From assembly GCA_012837435.1 (NCBI GenBank), contig DURD01000029.1:1-55881 (forward strand): DNA of 55,881 bases, in the 5' to 3' direction. Shown here piece by piece: positions 29,351 to 39,379 of the stretch. Both the position numbers and the translations under genes were made by a program. Under the pieces are notes generated by a model. It saw only the letters and a list, made by a program, of their open reading frames with translations. It was not told the origin of the DNA and did not search any database. The DNA comes from Erysipelotrichaceae bacterium (GTDB lineage Bacteria > Bacillota_I > Bacilli_A > RFN20 > CAG-826). Within the stretch, counting starts at the first letter, position 1; every line of letters starts with the position of its first letter.

Positions 29351-30406
29351 CTAGAATATAAACAAGAATAATCTAGCAATTAAAAACCCACAGAGCCCAC
29401 AACCAGGGAACGTTAAGACCCATGTCAAGACCATATCTTTCACGACATTCCAGTCCACTGATCTAAATCTCTTTGCTGATCCTACCCCCATAATCGATGT
29501 TGATTTCATATGGGTGGTGGATATGGGAATTCCCACTAATGAAGCAAAAAACAAACAGGTTGAGGCAGTGATATCAGAAATAAATCCTTGGCACTGATTT
29601 AATCTTACCATGTCTAAACCGACTGTTTTAATTATTTTATATCCCCCTATTGATGTTCCTAATCCCATGACTATCGAACAATAAATCATCAACCAAACGG
29701 GTATGACAAATGTACCATCAGCGCCAATAACGCTCGGTTCAATAAAACTGGTGGCTAATAAAAACACCCCCATGAACTTCAAGCCATCTTGAGCGCCATG
29801 CATAAACGCCATCGATGCGCCCCCTACAATTTGAGCTTTTGCAAAAAACTTATTGGCTTTTCTTCTATTGGCTTTTCGAAAGACATAATTAATAACTTTG
29901 GTCGCGAAAAAAGAAAAACCAAAACCGATGACTGTTGAAATAATAATTCCATATAAAACATTGAGCCAAGCTTGCCCTGTCCCACTAAAACCATCCAGTC
30001 CATTTAAAGCTACCGCCGCCCCCGCAATCCCAGCGATTAAAGCATGACTTTCGCTCGTTGGAATACCGAAAAACCATGCGGCAGTTGCCCAAATGACAAT
30101 TCCGACCATTCCCGCACAGATAGCAATCAGCTGTTGGTGCGTGTCACCATGAAAATTACCCATGTTAGAAATTGTCGCAGTAACACTGCTACTAATCAGA
30201 GACATTATTAAAACTCCGAGAAAATTAAAAATGACCGCCATAATAACAGCAGCCCTCGGCGACATAGCTCTCGTCGATACGCATGTAGCAATAGCGTTTG
30301 GTGCATCAGTCCAGCCATTTATTAAAATGACGAGAGAGACTAACAACACTACTACCAGTAAGACTGGTCTATCAGCTAAAAGCCCTAAAAAATACAATAA
30401 ATCCAT
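29351..30406 (-). CDS. pit: Inorganic phosphate transporter, PiT family
   Basis: NGWTDAPNAIAT, GIPTSESH, HGAQDG, GIPISTTH. Confidence 0.9.
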   Translation of the reverse strand: MDLLYFLGLLADRPVLLVVVLLVSLVILINGWTDAPNAIATCVSTRAMSPRAAVIMAVIFNFLGVLIMSLISSSVTATISNMGNFHGDTHQQLIAICAGMVGIVIWATAAWFFGIPTSESHALIAGIAGAAVALNGLDGFSGTGQAWLNVLYGIIISTVIGFGFSFFATKVINYVFRKANRRKANKFFAKAQIVGGASMAFMHGAQDGLKFMGVFLLATSFIEPSVIGADGTFVIPVWLMIYCSIVMGLGTSIGGYKIIKTVGLDMVRLNQCQGFISDITASTCLFFASLVGIPISTTHMKSTSIMGVGSAKRFRSVDWNVVKDMVLTWVLTFPGCGLCGFLIARLFLFIF

Positions 30407-30771
30407 TTTCTAAAAGATTGTGAATTTCACTGTTGGGTGAAATGGTTTTCATTTTTCTTTACAATAACTAATCCAAATTAATTATCGTAAGTTTAACATT
30501 AAATGTGCTATTTTTGTCATTCTTCAACGCTAGAATAAGCACACATAGACCAGTTAACCACATTTTCTCTTTCGATACAAATATTTTTTAGTCTAACCAT
30601 CAGCGATCCTTTTTTAAATCTAAAGAACGAAATTGGACTCATGCCTTGTTTTAGTACAAAACAAAAAAATATCAAATTTTGTTGTAGTTTAGACAATTTT
30701 GTATTACAATTTTTAAGATTATTTATCCAAAATTGATAAATAATTTAACAATTGATAAGGTGGTTGAGGAA

Positions 30772-31914
30772 ATGATTATTATAGAAGAGATTCTAGTTGC
30801 TAATTCAGTTGGTTTGCTCATATTAATCCTTTCTATGTTGTCCCGAGTTGAAATAAGAAAAGAAAAGCATCTGAGTGGGAAAATATTCGATGGGATGATT
30901 TGGGTTACCTTTTTTGCATTGATTCTAGAAACAGCAACTTTCTTCTTGGATGAAAAACCAGGAATAGTGGTTCACATTCTACAGTATGCAATCAATTCCT
31001 ATCTTTTCCTCGCTTCTAGTTGTGTGGGTTTACTCTGGGTGCTATTCGTTGATGTCCGCATTTTCCGTAACACAACCCGAGTCAAAAAGTGGTTCAAGAT
31101 TCTCATCATTCCGTATGCTGTTTTAGTTGCGTTGATTATATGCGACTGGTTCGGGACAGGCATCATCTTTTCAATTAACGAACAAAATGTATACGTACGC
31201 GGCAAAATTGTAATTCTTTCTTATGTTTTTGTGTGTTGTTGTTATTTGATAACCCTGATTCTTGCAGTTCTCGCCGTAAAACGGAATGGTCATATCCGCT
31301 TTTTTCCCGTTCATTACTTCGTGATACCTTCTTTTATAGGAACGCTGGTTCAAGGTTTATTTTACGGTATAGCTACTGGATGGATGTGTTTAAGTATCGC
31401 CCTACTATTTGTCCAATTGCATCTCGCAAACCAAAATGCCTACGAAGACGAGCTTTCGGGATTGTATAATCGTAAATATTTTGTTTGGATGGTCGAAAAA
31501 TTGACACGTAGCAAAAGGAATCGTTCCATCGGTGCTATTATGATGGATATCGACCAGTTCAAATTTATTAACGATAAATTCGGTCATTCAGTCGGCGATG
31601 ATGCTATTCGTAATCTCGGTCGAATCTTAACAAACGTTAACTCGGACAGCACAACGGCCTTCCGCGTCGGTGGTGACGAATTTGTTGTTCTTTGCATAGA
31701 CGGAACAAAAGTAGATATCGAACAGTTGCTTTCGACAATTAATAAGCAATTAATAGAGTTTAATGAGACAGCAGGAAAACCCTATACATTATCCCTTTCT
31801 ATAGGATATTCGACTTGCCACACGACTGGTACCAGCTTGGATTATTTCTTCCATCAACTAGATATGCTAATGTATGAGCAGAAGGCACTAAGAGATAAAA
31901 AGGTGCTCCATTAG
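30772..31914 (+). CDS. Membrane-bound GGDEF diguanylate cyclase
   Basis: Several TMs, then DELSGLYN, DIDQFK.IND.FGH..GD, RVGGDEF; start probably ATG 30772 (GAGG RBS). Confidence 0.9.
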   Translation: MIIIEEILVANSVGLLILILSMLSRVEIRKEKHLSGKIFDGMIWVTFFALILETATFFLDEKPGIVVHILQYAINSYLFLASSCVGLLWVLFVDVRIFRNTTRVKKWFKILIIPYAVLVALIICDWFGTGIIFSINEQNVYVRGKIVILSYVFVCCCYLITLILAVLAVKRNGHIRFFPVHYFVIPSFIGTLVQGLFYGIATGWMCLSIALLFVQLHLANQNAYEDELSGLYNRKYFVWMVEKLTRSKRNRSIGAIMMDIDQFKFINDKFGHSVGDDAIRNLGRILTNVNSDSTTAFRVGGDEFVVLCIDGTKVDIEQLLSTINKQLIEFNETAGKPYTLSLSIGYSTCHTTGTSLDYFFHQLDMLMYEQKALRDKKVLH

Positions 31915-32272
31915 GGAAAAGTGCATTATCAAATAGCGCGTTAATGCCTTGAATCGTTAATTTAATAACTTCTAAATAAAATTTAATTTGGCAAATATTA
32001 CTTTGATGAAACTATTTATTTTCTAATTAAAGCTTTTTCTAATGATAATGTTTTCCTTTGTAAATCTTAAAGCAACGTACATTTTATTTGATAATCATTA
32101 AATTTTTGGGAACATATTTTTTGGAAGAGAAAAAATTACTAACTAGTTAAAGGATTTTTATTAGTGTTGAATCGTCCAAATTGATTTTTAGTATAGTACA
32201 AGAGTGTTCATCTTTATTTTTCTGGTTATTTAGGAATTAAAAAGTCAGATCTCTATATCTAACTTATAATTT

Positions 32273-32346
32273 TGGAGCACGCGACGGGAATCGAACCCGC
32301 ACGGTTAGCTTGGGAAGCTAAAGTTCTACCACTAAACTACGCGTGC
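32273..32346 (-). tRNA. tRNA-Gly(CCC)
   Basis: GCACGCG/CGCGTGC stem, TTCCCAA loop, CCA. Confidence 0.93.
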
Positions 32347-32353
32347 ATTTTCT

Positions 32354-32386
32354 ACCAAAAAAGCCCCACTGGGCTATTTTTTTGGT
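32354..32386 (-). terminator. Terminator-like hairpin between tRNA-Val and tRNA-Gly
   Basis: Minus strand AGCCCAGTGGGGCT followed by TTTTT. Confidence 0.55.
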
Positions 32387-32458
32387 GGGTACTGACGGGA
32401 TCGAACCGCCGACCTTCTGTACGTCAAACAGATGCTCTCCCAGCTGAGCTAAATACCC
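32383..32458 (-). tRNA. tRNA-Val(GAC)
   Basis: GGGTATT/AGTACCC stem, TCTGT-TTGACGT-ACAGA arm, CCA. Confidence 0.93.
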
Positions 32459-32461
32459 TTC

Positions 32462-32538
32462 TGGTGCCGACTACAGGAATTGAACCTGCAACCTACTGAT
32501 TACGATTCAGTTGCTCTACCAGATTGCGCTAAGTCGGC
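32462..32538 (-). tRNA. tRNA-Thr(CGT)
   Basis: GCCGACT/AGTCGGC stem, ACTGA-ATCGTAA-TCAGT arm, CCA. Confidence 0.92.
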
Positions 32539-32655
32539 AACTGCAGTCGCTCTAATATGATAGTAAAATTGTTAATTAGTTGCAACAACTAATTTTATGT
32601 TCCTTTGGGAAATAAATCTAGAACTTTTCTTTAGGAGTAAAGAATAGAAAATTAG

Positions 32656-35391
32656 TTACTGTTTACGCACTTTCTTTTTGATGAAAAGAATGAGAACAAT
32701 GATTTCGTGCATTACTAAGGGAGCAATAGAAAGAGCTAATACGTATAACCAATGAATCAAATCAAGAGAAGCGCAAGAAAAGAAATCATTTAGTCCAGGA
32801 ATTTCTACGACCGCAAATTGAAGGGCAAAACCGAGAATGAAGGCGACCCAAATTAGTTTGTTTTTAGTTTTGAAATTATGGACAAATGTTTTTTTAATAG
32901 AAGTCATACCTAACATATGGAACAGCTCACTCAATCCTAAAACCGAAAATGCCGCGGTTTGGCTCATCGCTAGAGCACCGGGATTTTCCGCAAAACATCT
33001 CGCAATGTCTTGCAAAGTATAGCAATGATAATCCACCATCGGAACCATCAAATAAGCAAACACCGTGCAGACCGTGATTAGAGCACCATAACCAAATGTC
33101 AATAGATATCCGCCATTAGAAAATAGAGATTCTTTTGGATCTCGAGGCTTTTCTTCCATGATGCCTTCTTCTTTTTCATCAGCACCGAGAGCAACGGCCG
33201 GTAAAGAGTCAGTGATTAAATTGACCCATAAAATATGGATAGCAATTAAGGGGGTAGGTAAGCTATAGTCCGTTACAAACAAAGACATAATTACCACCAC
33301 AAACATCGTTAATACTTCAGCGATGTTAGAAGAGAGCAAAAACAAAACGGTTTTTCTGATATTAGCGTAAATGCCTCTTCCTTCTTCCACGGCTTTTTCA
33401 ATCGAAGCAAAATTATCATCGGTTAGCACCATGTCCGCCGCACCTTTAGCGACATCGGTACCCGCAATACCCATGGCTATACCAATATCAGCATTTTTCA
33501 AAGAAGGAGCATCATTAACCCCATCTCCTGTCATCGCCACAATCGCGCCGTTGGCTTTAATAGCATTGACAATCTGCACTTTATTTTGCGGAGAAACGCG
33601 AGCAAAAACATGCACGGTTTTGACTTTTTCTTGTAGTTCTTCTGGACTCAAAGCATCGATTTCTTCCCCCGACAAAGCTTCTTCGCCTTCCTCGGCAATG
33701 CCTAAATCTTTAGCAATAGCAACCGCAGTAGTCTTATGATCTCCAGTAATCATAATCGTATTGATATTTGCTCTTTTAAATATCGAAACGGCATTGGGAA
33801 CTTCTGGTCTCGGTGGATCGATCATACCCACTAAACCGACAAACACTAATTGTTCTTCTTTTAATTCATCGGCATACTTATAAGCTAAGCCTAGGACGCG
33901 CAATGCATCGAGTGCCATTGAGTCGCTGGCCGCCATGATGTTCTTTTTATCTTTGTTAGTGAGTTCTCTAACTTCGCCGTTAATTTCAATGCGATTAGCC
34001 ACTTTGAGAATTGAATCGATGGCCCCTTTGGTAAATATTATTTTTTTGCCTTTATATTTATGTTGAGTGGACATCATTTTTCTCACCGAATCAAAGGGAT
34101 ATTCATCGATACGGGGTGCCTCTTTTTCTAAATCGGCTTTGTGTTGATCCATCTTGTTAGCGTAGTCCACTAGAGCGATTTCTGTCGGATCACCATATAC
34201 CCCTTCATCAACCGTGGCGTTGCTGCATAAAGATAAGCCCCTCGATAAGAATTTACATTCATCGCTCAGCGCTTCATCATTTTCTAGTATCTTTTCATTG
34301 ACGTAGGCTCTGACCACCGTCATTTTGTTTTGGGTTAATGTTCCTGTTTTATCTGAACAGACGACCGAGACCGCCCCTAAGGTTTCGACCGAAGGGAGTT
34401 TTCTGACAATCGTATTAGCGCGCACCATTCTTTGTACACCTAAAGCTAAAACAATGGTCACCACAGCGGGTAAACCCTCAGGAACAGCGGCGACCGCTAA
34501 AGAAATAGCGAACATAAAGTTTTTAACAATGCCGCTTATCCATCCTTGAGAATCAGGGTTACCTCTAGCGAGATCGATTAACTGGATGCCGAACAAAACT
34601 AAAACAATAACAATCGTTAGAATACCTAAAAACTTTGATAATTTAGCTAATTGTTTTTGTAGAGGGGTGGTATCATCATCGCTTTCGGAAAGCATTTTGG
34701 CAATTTTGCCAGTTTCCGTTTGCATACCCGTTAAAACCACGACACCTTCACCTCGTCCATAGACTACGGGTGTGGACATATAAGCCATATTTAATCTATC
34801 GCCGACGCTGACTTCATCTGAAAAAACAATATCAGCATTTTTTTCCACTGGTAGAGATTCTCCAGTCAAAGAGGATTCGTCAGTTTTTAAATTTATCGCT
34901 TCGATAATTCTTAAGTCAGCGGGGATGGTTCGACCTTCTTCTAAAATAACGATGTCGCCCGGTACTAATTGCTCCGCTTTTAATTCCACTAAAACACCAT
35001 CTCTTCTCACGACGCACGTGGGAGAAGACATTTTCTTTAAAGCTTCCAAGGACTTTTCCGCTTTGCTCTCTTGAACAGTAGAGATAATAGCGTTCAGCAC
35101 GCAGACGCTCATGATAATAACCGGATCAGCAAAATCGAATGATTCGCCATATTGAACCATATTAAAAATACTGACGGCGATACTTAATAAAGCCGCGGCA
35201 ATAAGAATAAAGATCATCGGATCATTGAAGTTAGATAGAAAGATTAAGATTAAGGGGACTTTTTTCTTTTCCGCTAATTTATTTAAACCATATTTTGCCA
35301 AACGTTCATCAACTTCGCTTTGAGATAAACCTTTTTTAGGATCGACATTAAGCTCAGACAGAACTTCTTTTGCACTTTTTGTTTCAAACAT
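32656..35391 (-). CDS. P2A-type (Ca2+/Mn2+) cation-transporting P-type ATPase
   Basis: TGES, PEGL, DKTGT, GDGVNDAP, SSN..E, WVNL.TD. Confidence 0.92.
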   Translation of the reverse strand: MFETKSAKEVLSELNVDPKKGLSQSEVDERLAKYGLNKLAEKKKVPLILIFLSNFNDPMIFILIAAALLSIAVSIFNMVQYGESFDFADPVIIMSVCVLNAIISTVQESKAEKSLEALKKMSSPTCVVRRDGVLVELKAEQLVPGDIVILEEGRTIPADLRIIEAINLKTDESSLTGESLPVEKNADIVFSDEVSVGDRLNMAYMSTPVVYGRGEGVVVLTGMQTETGKIAKMLSESDDDTTPLQKQLAKLSKFLGILTIVIVLVLFGIQLIDLARGNPDSQGWISGIVKNFMFAISLAVAAVPEGLPAVVTIVLALGVQRMVRANTIVRKLPSVETLGAVSVVCSDKTGTLTQNKMTVVRAYVNEKILENDEALSDECKFLSRGLSLCSNATVDEGVYGDPTEIALVDYANKMDQHKADLEKEAPRIDEYPFDSVRKMMSTQHKYKGKKIIFTKGAIDSILKVANRIEINGEVRELTNKDKKNIMAASDSMALDALRVLGLAYKYADELKEEQLVFVGLVGMIDPPRPEVPNAVSIFKRANINTIMITGDHKTTAVAIAKDLGIAEEGEEALSGEEIDALSPEELQEKVKTVHVFARVSPQNKVQIVNAIKANGAIVAMTGDGVNDAPSLKNADIGIAMGIAGTDVAKGAADMVLTDDNFASIEKAVEEGRGIYANIRKTVLFLLSSNIAEVLTMFVVVIMSLFVTDYSLPTPLIAIHILWVNLITDSLPAVALGADEKEEGIMEEKPRDPKESLFSNGGYLLTFGYGALITVCTVFAYLMVPMVDYHCYTLQDIARCFAENPGALAMSQTAAFSVLGLSELFHMLGMTSIKKTFVHNFKTKNKLIWVAFILGFALQFAVVEIPGLNDFFSCASLDLIHWLYVLALSIAPLVMHEIIVLILFIKKKVRKQ

Positions 35392-35412
35392 AAGAATTAC
35401 TCCTTTATTTTG

Positions 35413-35500
35413 AAGTAATCGTCTCGCGCATTTTTCATGGTTATAGTCCGGATGGTGAATCGTGTTGACGAATCTATAACTTAGCTACTCCCGCTTACTT
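35413..35500 (-). ncRNA. yybP-ykoY (Mn2+-sensing) riboswitch
   Basis: Minus strand AAGTAA-gc-GGGAGTAGC...CGTCAACAC...CCGG...GCGAGAC-ga-TTACTT; conserved blocks and P1 pairing, upstream of a P-type ATPase. Confidence 0.85.
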
Positions 35501-35727
35501 ATATCATTTATTATAAATAAAAGATGAAGATTGACAACACAATTAATAACATTTCTCTTGGTTTTTTATAGAAACTAGTTGAATTTTTTATCGGAGATAT
35601 CAAAAGCTTTTTCATAAATATTGAAATCGTTATTAATGGTATTCGTAACGACAAATAAATACCCCCTCAACCACGAAGGAGAAGGGGCATTCTATGTTTT
35701 TTGTTACTATACGGTAGAAACATCAAC

Positions 35728-35814
35728 TGGTGCCCGAGGCCGGAATCGAACCGGCACGGTATCGCTACCGCTGGATTTTGAGTCCAGTGCGTCTACCTAT
35801 TTCACCACTCGGGC
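35728..35814 (-). tRNA. tRNA-Leu(CAA)
   Basis: GCCCGAG/CTCGGGC stem, CTCAAAA loop, long variable arm, CCA. Confidence 0.95.
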
Positions 35815-35868
35815 AGCGAGATAATTATATACTAGTGGTGAAATAAATTTAAATGAAAAATGGTATTT

Positions 35869-36750
35869 TTAGTTTCGGTTTTCTCCGACATAGAATAAAG
35901 CCAAAGAATCCGGACCGATATGTGAACCTGTAATTAAATCATAATAATATATTTCTACATTCTTGATTCCGTTTTCCACTAATTGGTTTTTAATTGCTAG
36001 AGCGTCATCATACACATCGCAATGCGTGATATAGACAGTCTGTTTTTCAGGATTTTTAATTTTAGCGATACAGGTTTCAACGAGTTTGCGCAAAGCCATT
36101 TTTCTACCAAAAACTTTTCCTGAGACTTCGATTTTAGATTTGTTGCCGCCTTTTAATAAAAATTTAACTTTGATGAAGTTAATGAATTTCGCTACTAAAG
36201 CGGAAACTCTGCCCTTTTTAATCAAATATTTGATATCGCCGACTGTGAATTCACTTCTCACTTTAAATTTGAACTTTTCACATTTTTCACAGATGGTTTT
36301 AAAATCTAAACCTTTTTTAACTAATTCACAAGCGTGAATAGCTTGCAAGCCTTCGCCAAACCCCGCAGTAGCGGAATCGACGATATAGACCATTTCCTTA
36401 CCTTGTTCTTCGTTGATGATGTCGCGAGCGAGACAAGCGGAATTATAGGTACCAGAGATCCCTTTTGCTAACACGAAGCAGATGATTTGATTACCCGCGT
36501 CGATGTCATCTTTAAAAGCCTCTAAAAAATCATGAGGATTAACTTGACTCGTATAAATTTTTTTACCTTCTCTCATTTGTTGATAAAAACTTTGAGAAAA
36601 ACTATCAACATCGATATTGTCTGCGTAACAACGATAAACAATGTCCTCAATTGTCAAGTTCATACTGACAACTTTTATATCTTTTTTTACTTTCTCTAAG
36701 ACGCTGGGAAATAAATTGCTGCCTGCGTCAGTGTATACTTTAATAGCCAT
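35869..36750 (-). CDS. DegV family fatty-acid binding protein (FakB-like)
   Basis: TDAG, TSQ, ISGTYNSA, DS, YL.KKGR, SHIGP. Confidence 0.92.
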   Translation of the reverse strand: MAIKVYTDAGSNLFPSVLEKVKKDIKVVSMNLTIEDIVYRCYADNIDVDSFSQSFYQQMREGKKIYTSQVNPHDFLEAFKDDIDAGNQIICFVLAKGISGTYNSACLARDIINEEQGKEMVYIVDSATAGFGEGLQAIHACELVKKGLDFKTICEKCEKFKFKVRSEFTVGDIKYLIKKGRVSALVAKFINFIKVKFLLKGGNKSKIEVSGKVFGRKMALRKLVETCIAKIKNPEKQTVYITHCDVYDDALAIKNQLVENGIKNVEIYYYDLITGSHIGPDSLALFYVGENRN

Positions 36751-36845
36751 AATGCCCCTCCTATTCGTAAGTCACTATAAAAAAGTAAAGATTAACAGTA
36801 AATCTATTAATCTAATGTTTTTCTCTACTAAAATAAAATCAATGA

Positions 36846-36873
36846 GTAGATTACTTAGTAATCTATATTTTTT
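36846..36873. terminator. Hairpin downstream of tRNA-Arg(CCG)
   Basis: tagattac-tta-gtaatcta. Confidence 0.4.
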
Positions 36874-36914
36874 CTAATATTTTTTCTAAAATGAATAATC
36901 ATTAATAAATAATT

Positions 36915-36991
36915 TGGCGCGCTTGATGCGAGTCGAACGCATGACCTCAACCTTCGGAGGGTTGCACTCTATCCACCTGAGCTACAAGCGC
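36915..36991 (-). tRNA. tRNA-Arg(CCG)
   Basis: GCGCTTG/CAAGCGC stem, CTCCGAA loop, CCA. Confidence 0.93.
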
Positions 36992-37013
36992 AGTTACGCT
37001 TTATATAATAATG

Positions 37014-37673
37014 CTATTTATCTGGCCACACAAACGTTGAATTTAAACCATATTCTCCATTATCAATCAAAATATCAATTCCCGAGGCTGATTTATTGAT
37101 AGTTAATAAGAATATAACCCAATCGCAAACTTCATTTAATGTCATCCATTTTTTTAATGGAGTAGCTTCCATGATTAGGTTCCAGTATTCGGCGTTTTCT
37201 ATCACGGGAGCATTAGAAGCCGTGAGTACCCCTCCTAAAGAAATCGAATTACATGTAGCTCCTAGTTCTGCGAGCCGGACAGCACAATTTTTCATATAAC
37301 CGATGACCCCCGCTTTTGAGGCGACGTATTCGGGAAATTCAAAGCCGCTTCTCGCCGAAGCAGAAGCATTAAATAAAACTGATTTAATCACAGGCTGAAA
37401 AGCATATTTTTCCGTGACATTCATCGAGCCGATGAGGTTATTAGAAATATCGCGATTATTTTGTGTTCCCGCATTGTTAAAAATTAGTTCGACGCCTTCG
37501 ATTTTAGGTAACTTACTCTTTTTGGAAATATCGACAACATAATGGGTATAAGAAGGATGATTAATTGAGGAAGGTAAAAGATCTAGACCAATAACTTCAT
37601 GACCTAAAAGTAAAAATCTTTCCGCGACCGCTTTACCAATTCCATTTGTGCTTCCCGTAATTAAAACTCTCAT
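37014..37673 (-). CDS. SDR family NAD(P)-dependent oxidoreductase
   Basis: TGSTNGIG, NNAG, YVASK; ATGA overlap with the transporter gene. Confidence 0.9.
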   Translation of the reverse strand: MRVLITGSTNGIGKAVAERFLLLGHEVIGLDLLPSSINHPSYTHYVVDISKKSKLPKIEGVELIFNNAGTQNNRDISNNLIGSMNVTEKYAFQPVIKSVLFNASASARSGFEFPEYVASKAGVIGYMKNCAVRLAELGATCNSISLGGVLTASNAPVIENAEYWNLIMEATPLKKWMTLNEVCDWVIFLLTINKSASGIDILIDNGEYGLNSTFVWPDK

Positions 37674-38440
37674 TTTTGTTCTTCCCTATTTATGTAAGCG
37701 AAATATTGTTCCCCGACGCGATTTTTCTGCCAATTTCTACAAATCAAAAAACCGATAGGAGAAAATATTATCTCCATAATTAACTCTAGCAAAGCCCCGA
37801 GAAGTGAGCAAGTGAGACATTGAATAAATGTCCAATGAAAACCCTCTCTAAATATCGGCATGAATACCATGAATGTCAGCATCGAAAATATTAGATTATC
37901 GCAAAACTGACCGATAAAAGTTGAGACGTAACTTCTAGTAAAAAAAGCCACTCCACTATCGGGGTTCTTTTTAAACATTTTACCGACGATATAATTTAGA
38001 TAATTATTAATAAAAGCGGAGCAGATAAAAGCCACGGTGCTACTTAAAAGGATGAACCACGTCCCCCCAATTATCGTGTTAAAAGCCGTGTAATCGGCGT
38101 GGGGTGTAGGGATAACACTTGCCAAAAAAAAGATGAGACAAGTAACTAGATTAATAACGGTGGCAAAAATCGACATTTTATTCGATTCTTTGGGACCAAA
38201 ATGTTTCGCTACGAGATCCATTGATAAAAAAGAAACCCACGAAATTAAAAAGCCTCCATCGATGGCTAAATACTGGGTTTGAACTAGAGTCTTATTCGCC
38301 AGTAAATTCATGGCGACCACTGAAACCGCAAAGACGGTCAATAGAGTCGCAGGTATCGACCTTAATAGCAATATCGTTTCCTTATATTCATCGACAATCC
38401 ATTCTTTAAAAGAACGACGTCTCTTATTTTTTGATTTCAT
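37670..38440 (-). CDS. yhhQ: Queuosine precursor transporter (VUT/YhhQ family)
   Basis: NLLANK, D.....FG, RSY.ST..GQ..DN..F motifs; preQ1 riboswitch upstream. Confidence 0.82.
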   Translation of the reverse strand: MKSKNKRRRSFKEWIVDEYKETILLLRSIPATLLTVFAVSVVAMNLLANKTLVQTQYLAIDGGFLISWVSFLSMDLVAKHFGPKESNKMSIFATVINLVTCLIFFLASVIPTPHADYTAFNTIIGGTWFILLSSTVAFICSAFINNYLNYIVGKMFKKNPDSGVAFFTRSYVSTFIGQFCDNLIFSMLTFMVFMPIFREGFHWTFIQCLTCSLLGALLELIMEIIFSPIGFLICRNWQKNRVGEQYFAYINREEQK

Positions 38441-38446
38441 TTTTTT

Positions 38447-38497
38447 CTCCTTAGTTTTATTATTTTAAGCGAAGGATTTAGAGGCCGAACTTCGCTA
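38447..38497 (-). ncRNA. preQ1 class I riboswitch
   Basis: AGCGAAG-UUCG...AUC-CUUCGCU stem-loop followed by A-rich tail ending AAAACUAAGGAG over the SD. Confidence 0.8.
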
Positions 38498-38544
38498 GGC
38501 TTGGTTTTTTCACAATATTACTTGTAAGCTCTATTTCATGTTAT

Positions 38545-38856
38545 TTATTTTATTATCTCCCAATAGCCGTTTTTATTGGCTCCCACTCTTTTAATATATC
38601 CCATTTCTTTTAATTTCGATATACTCCTATCTATGGTTGTTCGCCCTAGATTACATACAACTGCCAATTGAGATATCGTTATATTGGGATTATTTCGTAT
38701 TTCTGCTAATACTTTTATTTGGGATTTGCTTAAAATTTTATCACCCCATTTATCACCCCATTTATTCTTGGTGTTAATGTCAATTTAATTTTTATCAACG
38801 GGAGGAAGCGCAGACATTTTATTGGACTCGTTTTTGATAAGATAACACATAATCAT
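38545..38856 (-). pseudogene. Winged-HTH remnant (C-terminus typical of AlbA/Fic-type regulators) with in-frame stop
   Basis: ...PPVDKN*IDINTKNKWGDKWGDK...PNITISQLA...LKEMGYIKRVGANKNGYWEIIK*; TAA at 38785-38787. Confidence 0.65.
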
Positions 38857-38860
38857 AGTT

Positions 38861-39379
38861 TTATCTTGCTGTATATTTTGTTCCTCTTCCACTCCCAATC
38901 TTCTTTACATATCCTAATTCAATTAAAGTTTCGATAAGCTCTAACACTTTATTTTTCCCAAAACCAGTTATTTTCGATAAGGTAGAGCTTGGCAGTTCCT
39001 TATTTTCTAAGGCATTATATATGATATTTTGATTATCCGATAATTCTTCTATCCCAGAAATAACTGGCAAGGTAATTTCTATTGAATTCTCAAATATCTT
39101 AAATAAAGTTTTTTGCTTTCTTGGATAAACTGTTAATTCTATAGTCTTTGTCTCCTCGTCCAGTTTAATTGAATAATATACTTTTGGCACAATAGAATTA
39201 TTAATTTTATTTTCAATGATTAAGGCTGTTTCAGCAATATTGGCTAATCCTTTTATTTTTCCATCATCTGAAACTCCAAAAATTATTCTTGCACCATGAT
39301 AATTTGCAAAGGCAGTAACTATCTTTAAGAATTTGTTTGAAACATTTTCTTTAAATTCTAAATTATGTGTTTCGCGCAT
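38861..39379 (-). pseudogene. AlbA_2/Schlafen-domain protein joined directly to a wHTH (probable internal deletion)
   Basis: LEFKE, AFAN..G..IIFGV.D.G.I.G, then wHTH ending GSGRGTKY; middle domain absent. Confidence 0.6.

Noticed and set aside
32272-32499. Plus-strand ORFs over tRNA clusters (also 35621, 36914, 44889, 45252)
   Set aside because: Antisense shadows of tRNA genes or of potD
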